The position numbers were made by a program, and so were the translations under genes. A stretch of DNA of 64,000 nt, taken from the NCBI GenBank assembly GCA_010909165.1, contig VJWM01000107.1:806001-870000 (forward strand), read 5' to 3'. The notes under the pieces were generated by a model. It was not told the DNA's origin and searched no databases. It saw nothing but the letters and a program-made list of their open reading frames with translations. This stretch comes from Anthoceros angustus. Lineage: Eukaryota; Plantae; Anthocerotophyta. Shown in pieces: positions 10,205 to 22,939 of the stretch; position 1 is the stretch's first letter; every line of letters starts with the position of its first letter.

Positions 10205-12979
10205 ATGCCGTGGTTTCCGCATTTTGCGACTCCTGCTTATGTCGAAACTCTTAAGCTGGTAAGCAATCCTGGGGGGTGGCTGGGGGAATGTTCTTAGTGG
10301 GTTGGTTTGGTGCACTTGGATTTCAGGCAGGTAGGCTGATGGGGATTGGATTGTTGTCTGTTTGCAGCGGAGGATCATCTTGGAAAGGCAGCGGCGACGC
10401 CCGTCCAGCCGCTCCCCAATTGTGGAACCAGCAGGGGCCGAGTTCATAGCTGCTGTAGCCGCGGGCATCAATGCACGCCACATCGTGCAGATCGGCTGTG
10501 GACTGTCCACTGTTGCGCTAGCTGCTGCAGCCAGGTCGACGGGTTCTCTCGTGGTATCACTGCACACCCAGGAGGAGAAGCAGAAGCTTGTGAGGGAACA
10601 TTTGCTCTTGTACGGTCTGCTTGATTACGTGCACTTCCTCTGTGGAGACCTTTGCGGCCTGGTTTCCGAGAGGGAAGGCATAGACTTTGTTTACATAAGT
10701 GGGGATGCGGACCTCTTCATTGAGATTTTCGACCTCTTGAACCTGAAGCCAGGAGCCTATGTTGTGGCAGACAATGCATTGGATGATTCCACCAACGACT
10801 ACATAAAGCATGTCAGACGCCAGCCAGGCGTTGATTGTTCGACTCTTCCAGTTGGACGGGGCCTCGAGATCACCAAGATCGTCAATTGGGACGATTTCAA
10901 CGCTGGGTATGATCCTCTTGCTACTGCCCGTTGTGATTGTGAATTGGCCACACCTTTTCATGCATTGAAGCAAGTTCCAGTTTGTGTTGTGCGTTCCTTG
11001 TGACCTGGCGTGTTTAAGGTGAATGCCGTTGTCCTGATTTTAGTCCGCTGCGTTAACAGGATTGGCAATGGGATGGTGATCCTGACAGGTTACGTAAACT
11101 CTCGCTCATTTTTGTAGGAGGAAGCGTTATGAGGAAGACTCTGTCGCAAGTTCATCCAAGCTGGTTGTTGCTTCCGATGCCTTGGTGGCAAAAAGCTCGC
11201 AGCCTCGCTCAGAGTCTTCTGGCTCTGTGTATTCAAACCAGGCTTCAGTGTCATCCGCTTTTGCTGCTGAAGAATGGATGGCTTCCAAAGCTGCAACACT
11301 TCTTGGAGAAGGAAGTGCAGAAGAAACGGAAGAGGTGGAAACTCAGAGACATGCTGCACAGGAGTTGGCATTTTCGGTGAATACTTCAGTATCTTCCATA
11401 TTTGCTGCTGAAGCGTGGATGGCTTCCCAGGCTAAGGCTTTTTATACTTATAGAGCAGATGATTGCGAAAGAGCTGACGAATTTTATGAACTCCAACCGG
11501 ACAAACATTCTGCACAGGACTTGCCACACTCTATAAATGGGGATACAACGGATTCTGATTTTGATGAGGGATATGCCAATTCCGAAGATGTGGAAATTCC
11601 TATCCAACCACATTCTGGGGAGACAGACCATGCTGGGGGTCCAATAGCAGGCATGGCAATGCCTAGGAATGGCCTTGTGGTTGGCGAGCCTGATTTTGAA
11701 GACGATCTTGATGGTCATGCTGGATTCCGTGAGTTCAAAGTTCCTGAAGATGGTCAGCTAGCAGATTTTGATGCAGACATTGCGATATATGACACACAGG
11801 ATGCTCTGCTTCCTTTCAGTGGCAGAGTGATGTCCCTCAAAGCAGGGGTGAAAAGATACGTAAAGCATGGATCAGCACGCTTATTGAACGGTACTGTGAC
11901 AGGCAACATAGAATTTGCTGAAGGGTACAGATCTGAGGACTCTGATACTGGTAAGGCATTCTATGAAGCTTGTCCTGTGGGTCAGTCTGTCTTCAAAGAA
12001 GTTGCACACGTCACACCAGGACTTGCTCAATCGGAAGACAATGAAACCAGTAGTAGACTGGTGGACTCAAGGCAGGATCTTCAGGAGTCGGAGAGTATCA
12101 AATCTGTGGACGGTCCAGTTAGTCATGGGAATGGTTTTGAAGATACACTGCCAGGTGAAAGCTTGCCAGAGACCACTGAGCTTGGGCCAGACTTTGAGAT
12201 TACGTTCCAGAATGAAGATACTTATACAGCGGTAATCATTCAAGGAGTCGACCAAGACATGCTGCTCTTCGACATCACAATGGCATTCAATGAATCTGGT
12301 GTGAGGTACTGGTCTCTTTCCTAGACCCTGCTAGCACTGAGCTTGTACACCAATGCTTCTGCTCTCCTGCGTCCTATGTGCTCTCCTAGGTCAGGTAACT
12401 GACTGGTGAAAAATGTCATCAAACTTGCTTGACATCAGCTCCTGGGCAGTCTAGGCAGTGTGTGCGTGTCTCTGGATCGCTAATAACAGACATCGATCAG
12501 TCATAATTACACTGTGCCTCGTAACAGAACATGTAAAGATCTCCGCATATGTTTTTTTTGACCCTGCCCTTATTTCCCCATCTTACAGGCGGATTCTTTA
12601 AGTACCTGAAATCAACCAATGGTCTCTTAAAGGAAGCACCTGGATCAGTTTGTGTTTTGGCAACCTTATGTAATTGATGTTGGATTCTGTGAGTTTGGAA
12701 AGGGGTTTTTTGCCATCCTGGTAAGCCTTTCTAAGGGAACCGGAGGAGTTAAACCTACCGTGTCATGTACGCAGTCTCTTTTGTGGATGGCTTAACTCAC
12801 ACCATCTTCCTTCCCGTTTGTGCAGTGTGCGGAGGGCAAAGATAAACACGACGCAGGAGAAGTACATTGAAGACATCTTCTATGTCGTGGACTCGAAAAC
12901 TGGGGCAGCATTGGACATCTCTCGCCGAGACGGTTTGAGAGAGACCCTCCTGAGAAAACTCTCTCATCACAGAAGCTGA
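10205..12979 (+). CDS. DUF1442-like class I SAM-dependent methyltransferase with long acidic linker and C-terminal ACT domain (4 exons, ~644 aa)
   Basis: Exons 10205-10258 (MPWFPHFATPAYVETLKL), 10368-10906, 11118-12305 and 12826-12979; all introns GT-AG with matching phases (0,2,2); total 1935 nt. Exon 2 has DUF1442/O-methyltransferase motifs (EFIAAVAAGINARHIVQIGCG, VVADN, LPVGRGLEIT). Exons 3/4 join to ...YTAVIIQGVDQDMLLFDITMAFNESGVSVRRAKINTTQEKYIEDIFYVVD..., an ACT-domain pattern. Confidence 0.82.
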
Positions 12980-14388
12980 CGGTGATACCCACCCTGTGAT
13001 GGGAATTTAGCTTGTTGTGATAAGGTTGGCGGGCACCTGCCTGTCCCGAAAGCCGTGCAGAAATTGTACATTGTGACGTGGCGGAGGGTCGTCTACAACC
13101 TGGCTGGGTTGTTTGGCTGAGGAAGTGTAGGTACATAGGGGGTAGAGAAATTATTGATCCGCGCAAGCCTTTAGGGCCATAATTATTTACTTGAGTTGGT
13201 TGTCTGTGTTACCACTCATCCACAATGACGTTGTCCGCACCGCCTAGCAGAAAGGGTTTCGATTGCTTATTGCCTTCTGAGGTTTTAGGTTGCCTACTGC
13301 CTACTGAACGCCGCTCTTCGTAATTCTAGGGATAGGTGACCGTACCTGTGGACCGTCCCGTCGCCTAAACCTCATCTGAAAGTACCAATTCTCCGAGAAT
13401 TGGATCCCGTCATTGGCTCCCTTTTTGTGTCCACAGTCCTCAACTCGTTCACCATCTCCGTGTGCCTTTTGGTAATGCGCGGGAGAATGGAACGTATGTA
13501 CCAAGCCTAATTCATTACAAGGGGTTCGCATTGGAAGGATTGTACGAAGCTTGACAGGTAGGACTTTAGGCGACTGACAGGTAGGACTTCAGGCGACCTC
13601 ACGTCCCCGCAAGCGTGCAAGGTGAGCACCATGGCACATAGGCCAGACACTTTGCAGGTGCAGATTCCGAAGCCTGGCACATTCAGCAAGGAGGCTTTAT
13701 CTTGGGCTATGAGCAACCATCAAGGTCCGAGGACATTGTACACCGACGTGAAACGGGTTTACATGCCTGCGATCGGGTTTGTGATTTTATTGCAAGTGGG
13801 AAAGCAAATGTTAGCTTTCCCATCTCCTTCGTCAGGTTGCAGCACCGGGCTCAGATCACAGAACCAAGGAATCAAGTTAAGTAGACACGAGGAAGCGAGG
13901 TCACGGCCTGTCATTGTGACTACGGGCCTGCTGACCGTGGCGTCCAGACAGGTGTAAAAGTGAAAAACATGTGTTAAACAGTCCGACACACAAAATGCAA
14001 GCTAGATGGATTGACCACACATCCTATCCTAGGTGCAGAGAGCTGATCCGACCACCGAACCAAAGCATTTGCGATAACTACATTAAAGACAAGTATAATA
14101 TAAAAACCTGAATTGTATATTTTTGTGAAGAATGTATTTTTTACAATCGATGTGCAATGGTGACAGGTTTGATCTGCTTCACTTGTCCAAAAATTGACCA
14201 TATCAAGGTTTATGTCTAACACAAACACTAAGGCCCTAAAGATGTCTTCCAATGTACTCTCCGCATTCTCCTTGCTTCCTCCTACATTCCAAGTTACCTT
14301 CTTCTTCTTCTTTTTTGGAGGAGAGAAGAAGGGTTTAAGCCTGGCCTTGTTGCTTGGGCCTCTCTTTGGAAAGCTTGTAGTGGGGCGC

Positions 14389-17300
14389 TCACGTGACCGA
14401 TGGTTTCCTCCATCTGCTATCTCCTTGCCCCAATAGCGTTTTACGAACAAGCACGTCGACCTCGAATACAATGCCATCATTCATGTAGACACAATCCCAC
14501 AACTCCTTGCACCCTTCCTCCACACTTGCCATCTTCTTTTCCTTCAATTCTTGAAAGCGGGACTTGCAAGATTGAACCCTCGGTGGTACACTTGGTGTGC
14601 AGTACTCATCCAATGAAGCTAGCAAGGTTGACATTTCACCACCCTTTGTACACTGAAGACAACTTAATCGCAATGTTATGTCCACTTCCTCCCCCACCTT
14701 GCCATTGGTAGCTACAAACTTGCGACCAAGGACTGATGTATGGGCAAAGACTCCAAGCATCTGCTGGACTTTCACAACATGCTTGCATAAAAATGCTTGT
14801 TGTCCTTGTGGACAGTTGCAAGTTGCCCACATAGACATCGCATTGTCAATCACATAAGTTGCCTTCCAAGGATCTGATGTGAACATACACTTAGCCACAC
14901 CGTATGGCTCCATTGGGAGGGACACCATGTCCTCTGAGATATCATTTGCAGCAGCGTCTGCATGTCTATGCAACTGTTCCTGCTTGGTATTGACCACATA
15001 CCCTCCCTCCTTACAATGGTTTTGGTACCAAAAGTGAGTAGCCACCACAAAACATAATTGATGAAGCAACCAATCAACTCGGCGACCATAAATCCCCACT
15101 TTTGAGTAAGCTAACCTTTCCTTCAAGAATCTATGCCACGCTTCAATGGAGGAAGTGCAGTCTTGTCCGGCATGAAGCATTGTGCAAGCGGCCTTCAAGA
15201 ACATATTTGGAAGGATTGAAAGGGCATAAGAATAATAGTCGAATTGCACAAACTTGTAGACTCTTAAAGAACATGACAACGAACACACTCATCTAGTTGG
15301 CCTTCCCAAGTTTGTTGCATATACTTTATGAATTGCCACTGTGTTCGGCTCCATTTGTTGTAAAATTCTAGAAGAAGCTCCTTTCCTAAAGCCACTGAGT
15401 CCACCCTTGTCTGTCCCCCTTGAACGTACATGATCTGACCTAACTCAACCCACATAGCTTGTCTGTCGTGCACATTCTTAATCTTCTTCAACAAATTTCG
15501 CAGCTAGGCACGGCGAACGTGCCACAAGCACAAGAAGATCGGCACATCCCGTGACCAGACTTCCCTTAAAGCACCTATCTCTGCAGCACAATCATCAACC
15601 AAGAATGCGGATGGCAGCCAATCTGGAGCTGACTGAAGAACTCTCAAGCGTAAAGAAGTAAGCCATGGAACTAAAGCTCTTGTGGTCGCTTCCTGTGTGA
15701 GAGCCCATGCAACTGGTATTCCATTCTGATGTTGGTCGAACACCATGATAGTAAATAGCTGGTACTTATATTTGTTTACTCCAAAAGTGGAGTCCATAGC
15801 AAATGTATTGTGTCCATCTTTGCACAAATCTCAACATGAAGGATGTTTGCAAGCCTAGGTCAAAAGGCTCTCCCTCCACAGACCTATGAAACACATACCC
15901 TGCATGTAATTGCATCCAAATATTTGCCCTACACTAAGGTTATCGTCTTCATGATACATCCACTCATTTTTCTCCACCTCCCTAGCTATATTGTAGACAT
16001 CATCCCGTGTGAGGAAGTCGTCCCTTACCTTCACATAGGGGGCCTCATGGATTGATAAAACAGAGGGACAACATTTAGCTACAACGAGAAAGTTGATGGC
16101 GTCAAAATCTCATCAATAGACACGTGACAATGTAAACAATGTCTCACCCAAGCTTTCTTCTCCGACAAATGTGGGGCTCTAATATCTCGAACTATGTCTG
16201 TGTAAGATGGACCATGACAAACTAGACCCCTGATATCAACATGTCTACTCTCATAGAGCAAAATCTGAGCAACAGATGGCCACAAATACAGCCTTTTCAT
16301 ACTAAAACTAGCCTGACACCCATGTTTGATGCTCTCTCCACCAGCTAGCCTTGACCGCCTTTTATTAGGGAGAGGAGGATGCTGAACAACAGCTTGCATG
16401 GTAGAACGGTAATCCTCAGGTCCGTAACCACACCAGTACCTGATCAAGCGACACACCGGTGAGAAACCATTGAATGTAGAAGTCATGGTAAGTTGGAAAA
16501 AGCGTTTAGAGACAGAAACCTTGTCAACTCATATCAAAACTACACACAAAAGCATACCATTCTGTTCATCTCGTTGAGAGCTACAAAATGGTATATAGCA
16601 TGACAAGATTAACGACTGGAGAAAGGAATCAGACGTGAAAGGCATGTCATATCAAATAATGCCAGAGTAAGAAAAGGTTTGAAGTCAGTATCTTGCGCAA
16701 ACCTTTTCCGAATTCAACAAAAAAGACATCATTAGAATTGTCTCAGCAAGACAAACAGTTTGGTGTATGACTTGTCAAGATTCCGAACTACTGGAGAAAG
16801 TTAGGAGCTATGAAAGACAGGCGCTTGAAGACATAATGATTCATGAGAAGCAAAAAGGACATCAAGCAATTGCACAAACCAAAACCAACGGTAATCCCTA
16901 GGCCCGTAACCACAGTAGTACCTGATCGAGCAACACACCAGTGAGAAACCTTTGAATCTAGAAGTCATGGTAAGTTGGAAAAAGCGAGATAGAAACCTTG
17001 TCAACTCATATCAAAACTACACACAAAAGCATACCATTCTGTTCATCTCGTTGAGAGCTACAAAATGGTATATAGCATGACAAGATTAATAACGACTGGA
17101 GAAAGAAATCAGACGTGAAAGGCATGTCATATCAAATAATGCTAGAGTAGGAAAAGGTTTGAAGTCAGTATCTTGCGCAAACCTTTTCAGAATTCAACAT
17201 AAAAAGACATCGTTAGAATTGTCTCAGCAAGACGAACAATTTGGTGTATGACTTGTCAAGATTCCGAACTACTGGAGAAAGTTAGGAGCTATGAAAGACA

Positions 17301-17680
17301 GGTGCTCGAAGACACAATGATCCATAAGAAGCAAAAAGGATATCAAGCAATTGCACAAACCAAAACCAAACAAATTTGACTGCCAAGATTGATGAATCTG
17401 CCTTTGGCTGATTGGTTTGTGATACTTGGCTCGGACCCTTTGTCCAGACTCTTGCAAAATTGGTTGGTGCTCCACTATAGCTATTCATTCCGCCAACGAA
17501 ATCTTGCACACGTTCCCAAAGAATGTGTGCAACTTGGGCCTCCTTCACACGTCCTGGAGCTGAAGAATGCTTGTACAGTAATTTCTGCCATGAAAGGTGG
17601 CAATCTCGAAACAGTTCGGGCTGTGGCGCTTCAATGGAAAAGGGACAATCCCTTGGCAAGTCAACTTCCACCATCTCGCT
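14389..17680 (-). mobile_element. Decayed Mutator-like (MULE) transposase gene with SWIM zinc finger
   Basis: Motifs AMDSTFGVNKYKYQLFTIMVFDQHQNGIPVAW, FLVDD, LCLWHVRRA (in-frame TAG at 15504-15506), SSIEAWH and SWIM CNC-x7-LCKH. N-terminal pieces YWCGYGPEDYR...GCQASFSMKRLY...HVDIRGLVCHGP and AHILWERVQDFVGG resemble plant SWIM zinc-finger/MULE-derived proteins. Several frameshifts and stops. Confidence 0.85.
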
Positions 17681-18920
17681 TAACCTCACGCTCATTTCGC
17701 GGCGAAAGCTTGCTGCTGAACTGCTGCCATCGCTGGTAATCCACCCTCAAGTGCCTTAACAAGGAAGAAATGTATGAGAAACAACGGAAGAATGCAAGTT
17801 ACAGGTTTGCCAAAGATGATTTCCTCACACCCAAGGATATACAAAATATGGAGGTTCATGTTTCATCTTATGCGTACCAACTCAAAATAATGATTCATGA
17901 GAAGCAAAAAGGACATCAAGCAATTGCACAAACCAAAACCAACGGTAATCCCTAGGCCCGTAACCACAGTAGTACCTGATCGAGCAACACACCAGTGAGA
18001 AACCTTTGAATCTAGAAGTCATGGTAAGTTGGAAAAAGCGTTTACAGATAGAAACCTTGTCAACTCATATCAAAACTACACACAAAAGCATACCATTCTG
18101 TTCATCTCGTTGAGAGCTACAAAATGGTATATAGCATGACAAGATTAATAACGACTGGAGAAAGAAATCAGACGTGAAAGGCATGTCATATCAAATAATG
18201 CTAGAGTAGGAAAAGGTTTGAAGTCAGTATCTTGCGCAAACCTTTTCAGAATTCAACATAAAAAGACATCGTTAGAATTGTCTCAGCAAGACGAACAATT
18301 TGGTGTATGACTTGTCAAGATTCCGAACTACTGGAGAAAGTTAGGAGCTATGAAAGACAGGTGCTCGAAGACACAATGATCCATAAGAAGCAAAAAGGAT
18401 ATCAAGCAATTGCACAAACCAAAACCAAACAAATTTGACTGCCAAGATTGATGAATCTGCCTTTGGCTGATTGGTTTGTGATACTTGGCTCGGACCCTTT
18501 GTCCAGACTCTTGCAAAATTGGTTGGTGCTCCACTATAGCTATTCATTCATAGAAATCTTGCACGTTCCCAAAGAATGTGTGCAACTTGGGCCTCCTTCA
18601 CACGTCCTGGAGCTGAAGAATGCTTGTACAGTAATTTCTGCCATGAAAGGTGGCAATCTCGAAACAGTTCGGGCTGTGGCGCTTCAATGGAAAAGGGACA
18701 ATCCCTTGGCAAGTCAACTTCCACCATCTCGCTTAACCTCACGCTCATTTCGCGGCGGCTTCTTTCTGACTCCATCGTAATCCACCCTCAAGTGCCTTAA
18801 CAAGGAAGAAATGTATGAGAAACAACGGAAGAATGCAAGTTACAGGTTTGCCAAAGATGATTTCCTCACACCCAAGGATATACAAAATATGGAGGTTCAT
18901 GTTTCATCTTGTACGTACCA
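16834..18920. repeat. ~1.06-kb tandem duplication of MULE fragments; the sub-segment 16410-16800 occurs three times
   Basis: ATAATGATTCATGAGAAGCAAAAAGG at ~16833 and ~17888; identical ORF pairs 17269/18328 and 17770/18811; GTCATGGTAAGTTGGAAAAAGCG at ~16481, ~16963 and ~18018. Confidence 0.9.
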
Positions 18921-19320
18921 ACTCCGAAATAATGATGCTGAAAGTGTTCGTATTTGGATGGATGTGCAGACTTGGTTTTCTATCCCCAAATCCTGCTGTT
19001 TTCAAGCTTTGTTCCTGATAGTTTTGTCCTCGGCATACAGGCACCATTCATGCTGAAGATAGATGAAATGGGGCCACATTCCATCATAGCCACGGATGCC
19101 ACTTTTGGTTTGAACTCAATTCGTGACCTTTTTGGTGTTTGACAACTTCGAGAATGGGATCTCAGTTGCCTGGGTCTTGTACAAGTGCAAGAAATTTGAT
19201 CGACAGGGTATGTCTAAGTGGCTGCAAGTAATGCAACTCGGGCAACCATGGTAGATCCGAATTGAAAACCCAACGCATTTTTGGTGCATAACTTTTAAGC
19301 GGAAATCAATACTACTAGGT
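18780..19320 (+). pseudogene. Second, divergent MULE transposase fragment in the opposite orientation
   Basis: Frameshifted translation DDFLTPKDIQN...YQLRNNDAESVRIWM...FVLGIQAPFML...SIIATDATFGLN...VFDNFENGISVAW matches the MULE core of the minus-strand copy. Confidence 0.75.
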
Positions 19321-19732
19321 ATGTGTTTGGTGAGGACATGTTGCCAGTCTTCTAAGTATGTTTATGGCATGTGAGGTGTGCCTGGTTACGAAACTTGCTG
19401 CAGAAAGCCCATTGAATGGGCAGATAACGGTAAACATGATGCAGAAGCTTGGTAACCTCAGCGACCAAACCGAGCATAGATGCGCTTCCCTGTGCACATG
19501 GCTTTTAAGTTCTTGCGAGACAAAAAAATGTGAGGAGAATGAATGAAGGCCCATATTTTTTCACAACCCATTAGTTGATAGAGGAAGATGCACTCGTAAT
19601 TGTGCAACTCGGAACAGGCTCCTCGATTTTTTTAATTATTTATCGCTTAAAATTTATAATTAACTCAAAATAAGGGAAAACCCCCTTTGGCGTTTTGGGG
19701 TTGAGTGCAGGCAGTCACATTCTATCCCGTCG

Positions 19733-19753
19733 CCCTAAACCCTAAACCCTAAA
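19733..19753 (+). repeat. Interstitial plant telomeric repeat (CCCTAAA)3
   Basis: CCCTAAACCCTAAACCCTAAA read directly. Confidence 0.9.
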
Positions 19754-20653
19754 CCTCATCAGCTTTCAATTTGAGCCATGCTACGTCCTCTTAAATATGT
19801 GGTAACTCTCTTAGGTACATATCACCAAAAGACCATATTAGGAAACGCTTGTTTTCCAAGTGTGGAACACAACCGACTTTCACAGGGACTACAACAGATT
19901 TCCAAACCACAAAACATTCCTCCATAGCTAGGTACTATCTAAAACCATTGGTGGGAGGCCGACCAAACTATCTAAAACAGAGTCTCAAAAAATGGCCTGC
20001 TGCTTCTAGGTGCCCGCCCTCCCACTGGAAAGAATCGTGGCCACATTGTTGGATATTCTGCGAATATGCCAGTGATTCCCCGGTCCCAGTGAGGAGACCA
20101 CCGACAAAAGGGCTGGTGGAGAGGGGGCAATGCAATCGGAGCTCACCTTGGCCTAGTCCTGGACATGAAGCTCGCTGCGAGCGCCTCCAGTTTAGTAGAA
20201 TCATAGGTCAACGTCGTGGTTGAGAGGCATCTTCTAAACCCCTTATGGTCGATGTGAAGTGACGTTGCTATGGAGGCCTGGTTTTTGTGTTGTGAAAACC
20301 CTACGCGAACATCGCTCAAAGGTTCCAAGTGGAACCTGTGTGTAGAAAAAATTCAGAGCCTTTGCAAAACGAGAGACTCAATATGAGTAATTCAGCGTTC
20401 CGAGGTTAAATTAACGGAATATGTATGTCAGAGGAAGACACTGGGAAGGGTTTAAGGCCCCCTCCTTCTAAAGTGACAATTTGTTTTTGATCGAATTCAG
20501 AAACAAACTTAAAAAAATTAGGCACAGCGAGGGTAGATATGACAGTGCAGCGAGCTCAGGGTTTCCGATTGCTCGATTTCCACACCACTAGCTTACAAAA
20601 ACATGTGGAGGTTTGCCCTTTGCTCATAAAGAGCTCCACTCAAATTACCTGGA

Positions 20654-21189
20654 TCACCTACTTCTACCTCGCATATGGACAGGCAGCTGTACCGAGACAC
20701 CAAAGCTGTCCTTCACATCCACAGGTTGCACAAACTCCACTTGATGCAAATGTCTCTCTGGGATCACAGGTCTTTCACCTGCTGTGGCAACAACGCTTGC
20801 TGAGTCTGTTTTCGCCTGAGCATCTGCACGAAGAAGTCTCTTAAGAGTCAGCATTTAGCTGCAGAACATGCAGGGGTTAGGACCACACTGTAACGTTCAG
20901 AAAGCCTGCAGAGACCCCTACCAGCACTGGGTTGTGTGCAGGACGTACCAAGAAGTGGAACAGTTGAGAACATGTAGAGGACCAACACGCAAGCCATAAG
21001 CACAACAGGGATGAGGTGCACAGCCTGCTCTGCTTTCAGCCTCCAGTGCATCTTTTCTCCTTTCTCCAGATCCTTGAAGCTCATGTCATCATCCATCTCA
21101 CCTGGAGAGACCAAAGAAGGTCGAGTTCTCCCAACGCCACTGCCTGCAGGGACTGACAGGCCCAATATCCCAGAAGAAGAACGCTGCAT
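20654..21189 (-). CDS. Small plant single-pass transmembrane protein (2 exons, ~136 aa)
   Basis: Exons 21189-20949 and 20823-20654 (GT-AG, phase 1, 411 nt). MQRSSS start and AEQAVHLIPVVLMACVLVLYMFS resemble a conserved uncharacterised plant TM family (AExAxHLIPxxLxxCxxxLxxFS). Confidence 0.7.
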
Positions 21190-22939
21190 GATGTCTGATG
21201 ACGCTCCCGAGAATACCATATATGTCTGATGGGAATGCCAGAGGAAACATCGAGGGCCCACATAAGTACTTATCGAGAAAACTTCTAGCCATAAGACATG
21301 TGTACTGCTCACCCCGACCGCAGGGCCAGAAGATTCAAGACAGCGATTTATTCTGCCATCCCTGCTTGAGCACCACCTGCATGGGCACCGGATACTGCAG
21401 GCGCCTGAACAATTCACAAACGTTTACACACCCTAACCAGGGATTTCCTGCAATCACAACACCGTTGCAATTCTCAGGGGAAGGACAGTCACATCACACT
21501 GGCTAGATGATCGGTCTTGTGACAAACAACGCACAACCGATGATGAGGGAAGGCCATGCTTTCGGCCAACTCAGAATGAAAATGGACAGCACTGCCACGA
21601 AACATAGATCACAACCAGTCAGGGGAATGAGCTCTGGGAACTAAGACATCCGATAGGAACCATACCCGGTCATCTTGTGCGGTCTCTTGAAAAATTCCAC
21701 AGAATACCGGTAGCGGTGTGGAGCAGCACAACTGGTAGTCTGACGCATTGATCTGATCCTTCAAAAGCCAGAGGGAACAGGACAGCGATCCAACCACCCT
21801 GGCAAACCGAGCTAGAGATGAATGCAGGCGTAACTAGGTTGTATTTCTAACAGAGAAGAGGTGCAAAAGACGAGATCCAGCTGGCACACTTGACAACCCG
21901 GACAAGGACAAGCAAGGAATCAGAGTCCCCCGAGATTGCCTCAACGGGGAGGATTAGCTTGGCCCTGTTTCCTATCAGACATCAAACTCGTCTTGGCAAG
22001 CAGCGTGCACTCGTCAGGCAAGAGGAAGATGAAATGCCTCCACTGCTCGGACCCGGTGACAGGCTCAAGATTGGCACACAACTGCAGGCCCCTTTCACCT
22101 CTCAGGAGGTCGGGCATTTCCCGGGGCCACGTAGGCAGCACAAGATGGAAATGGACTTCTCAGAGTGGTTTCCCGGCTGCTAAACTCGCGACGGAGGCTA
22201 GATTTACCCAACAGAGCGGCATGGATTTACCGTCTGTTAGCGGCCTCAGATGCAGCTGGCGGTCAAACCACTGAGCATGGACTAAATTCGTCACAACCAC
22301 TAGGTAAACAACCTCCACTGGCAATGGATATCTTTGATGACATGAAGGTTGTGGGCACTGGGCGAACAACACTAGCCGAGCGGAGGCCTGTTGATTTGAG
22401 GGAGGAAGCGTGTGCATACAGCGAATCGTTGCTGACCAGTCTCGTCCGGGGGCCTTCACAGCTGCGTGTCATCCTCGTGGGCTGATTCCGCAGGGTTATG
22501 AAAATGGACGTAGGAAGCGAAAGAAAAAGGAATACCCAGTTCTGTTTTCAGGGAGGGCTGACCCAGTCCATCTTGAGAAAAGGGGCCTGCCCGTTTCCCT
22601 CGAGGGAGAGGCGAGGCGCGAGAACCTCGCTTTTTCTGTTATGTCTTGTTTGTTTTATCACGTTGGCTGGGCTGGCCCCGGCCTCGAGGTGGGTTTACGC
22701 TGTTTGCATGTTTTGAGCTGGATGGAAGGAGGTGTGGGTTGCTTAGCCATCACAAGTAATGCGTGCGATTGCGGTTGGTTGTCTCAAAGGCAGGTGGTGG
22801 TGTTTGACCTGGATATGGGATCTGCTACGACTCTCATTGCCATGGTTTTGTGGTACCGCTACCAAAGCAGCGGCAGAAACAGGCCCGGAGGAACCGATGT
22901 AGCTGCTGGCAGATTGCATTGCGTATTCAGGCATTCAAT

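Noticed and set aside
11182-12324. 380-aa ORF as a stand-alone gene
   Set aside because: It starts at TTG and is better explained as exon 3 of the methyltransferase-ACT gene with phase-compatible splice sites.
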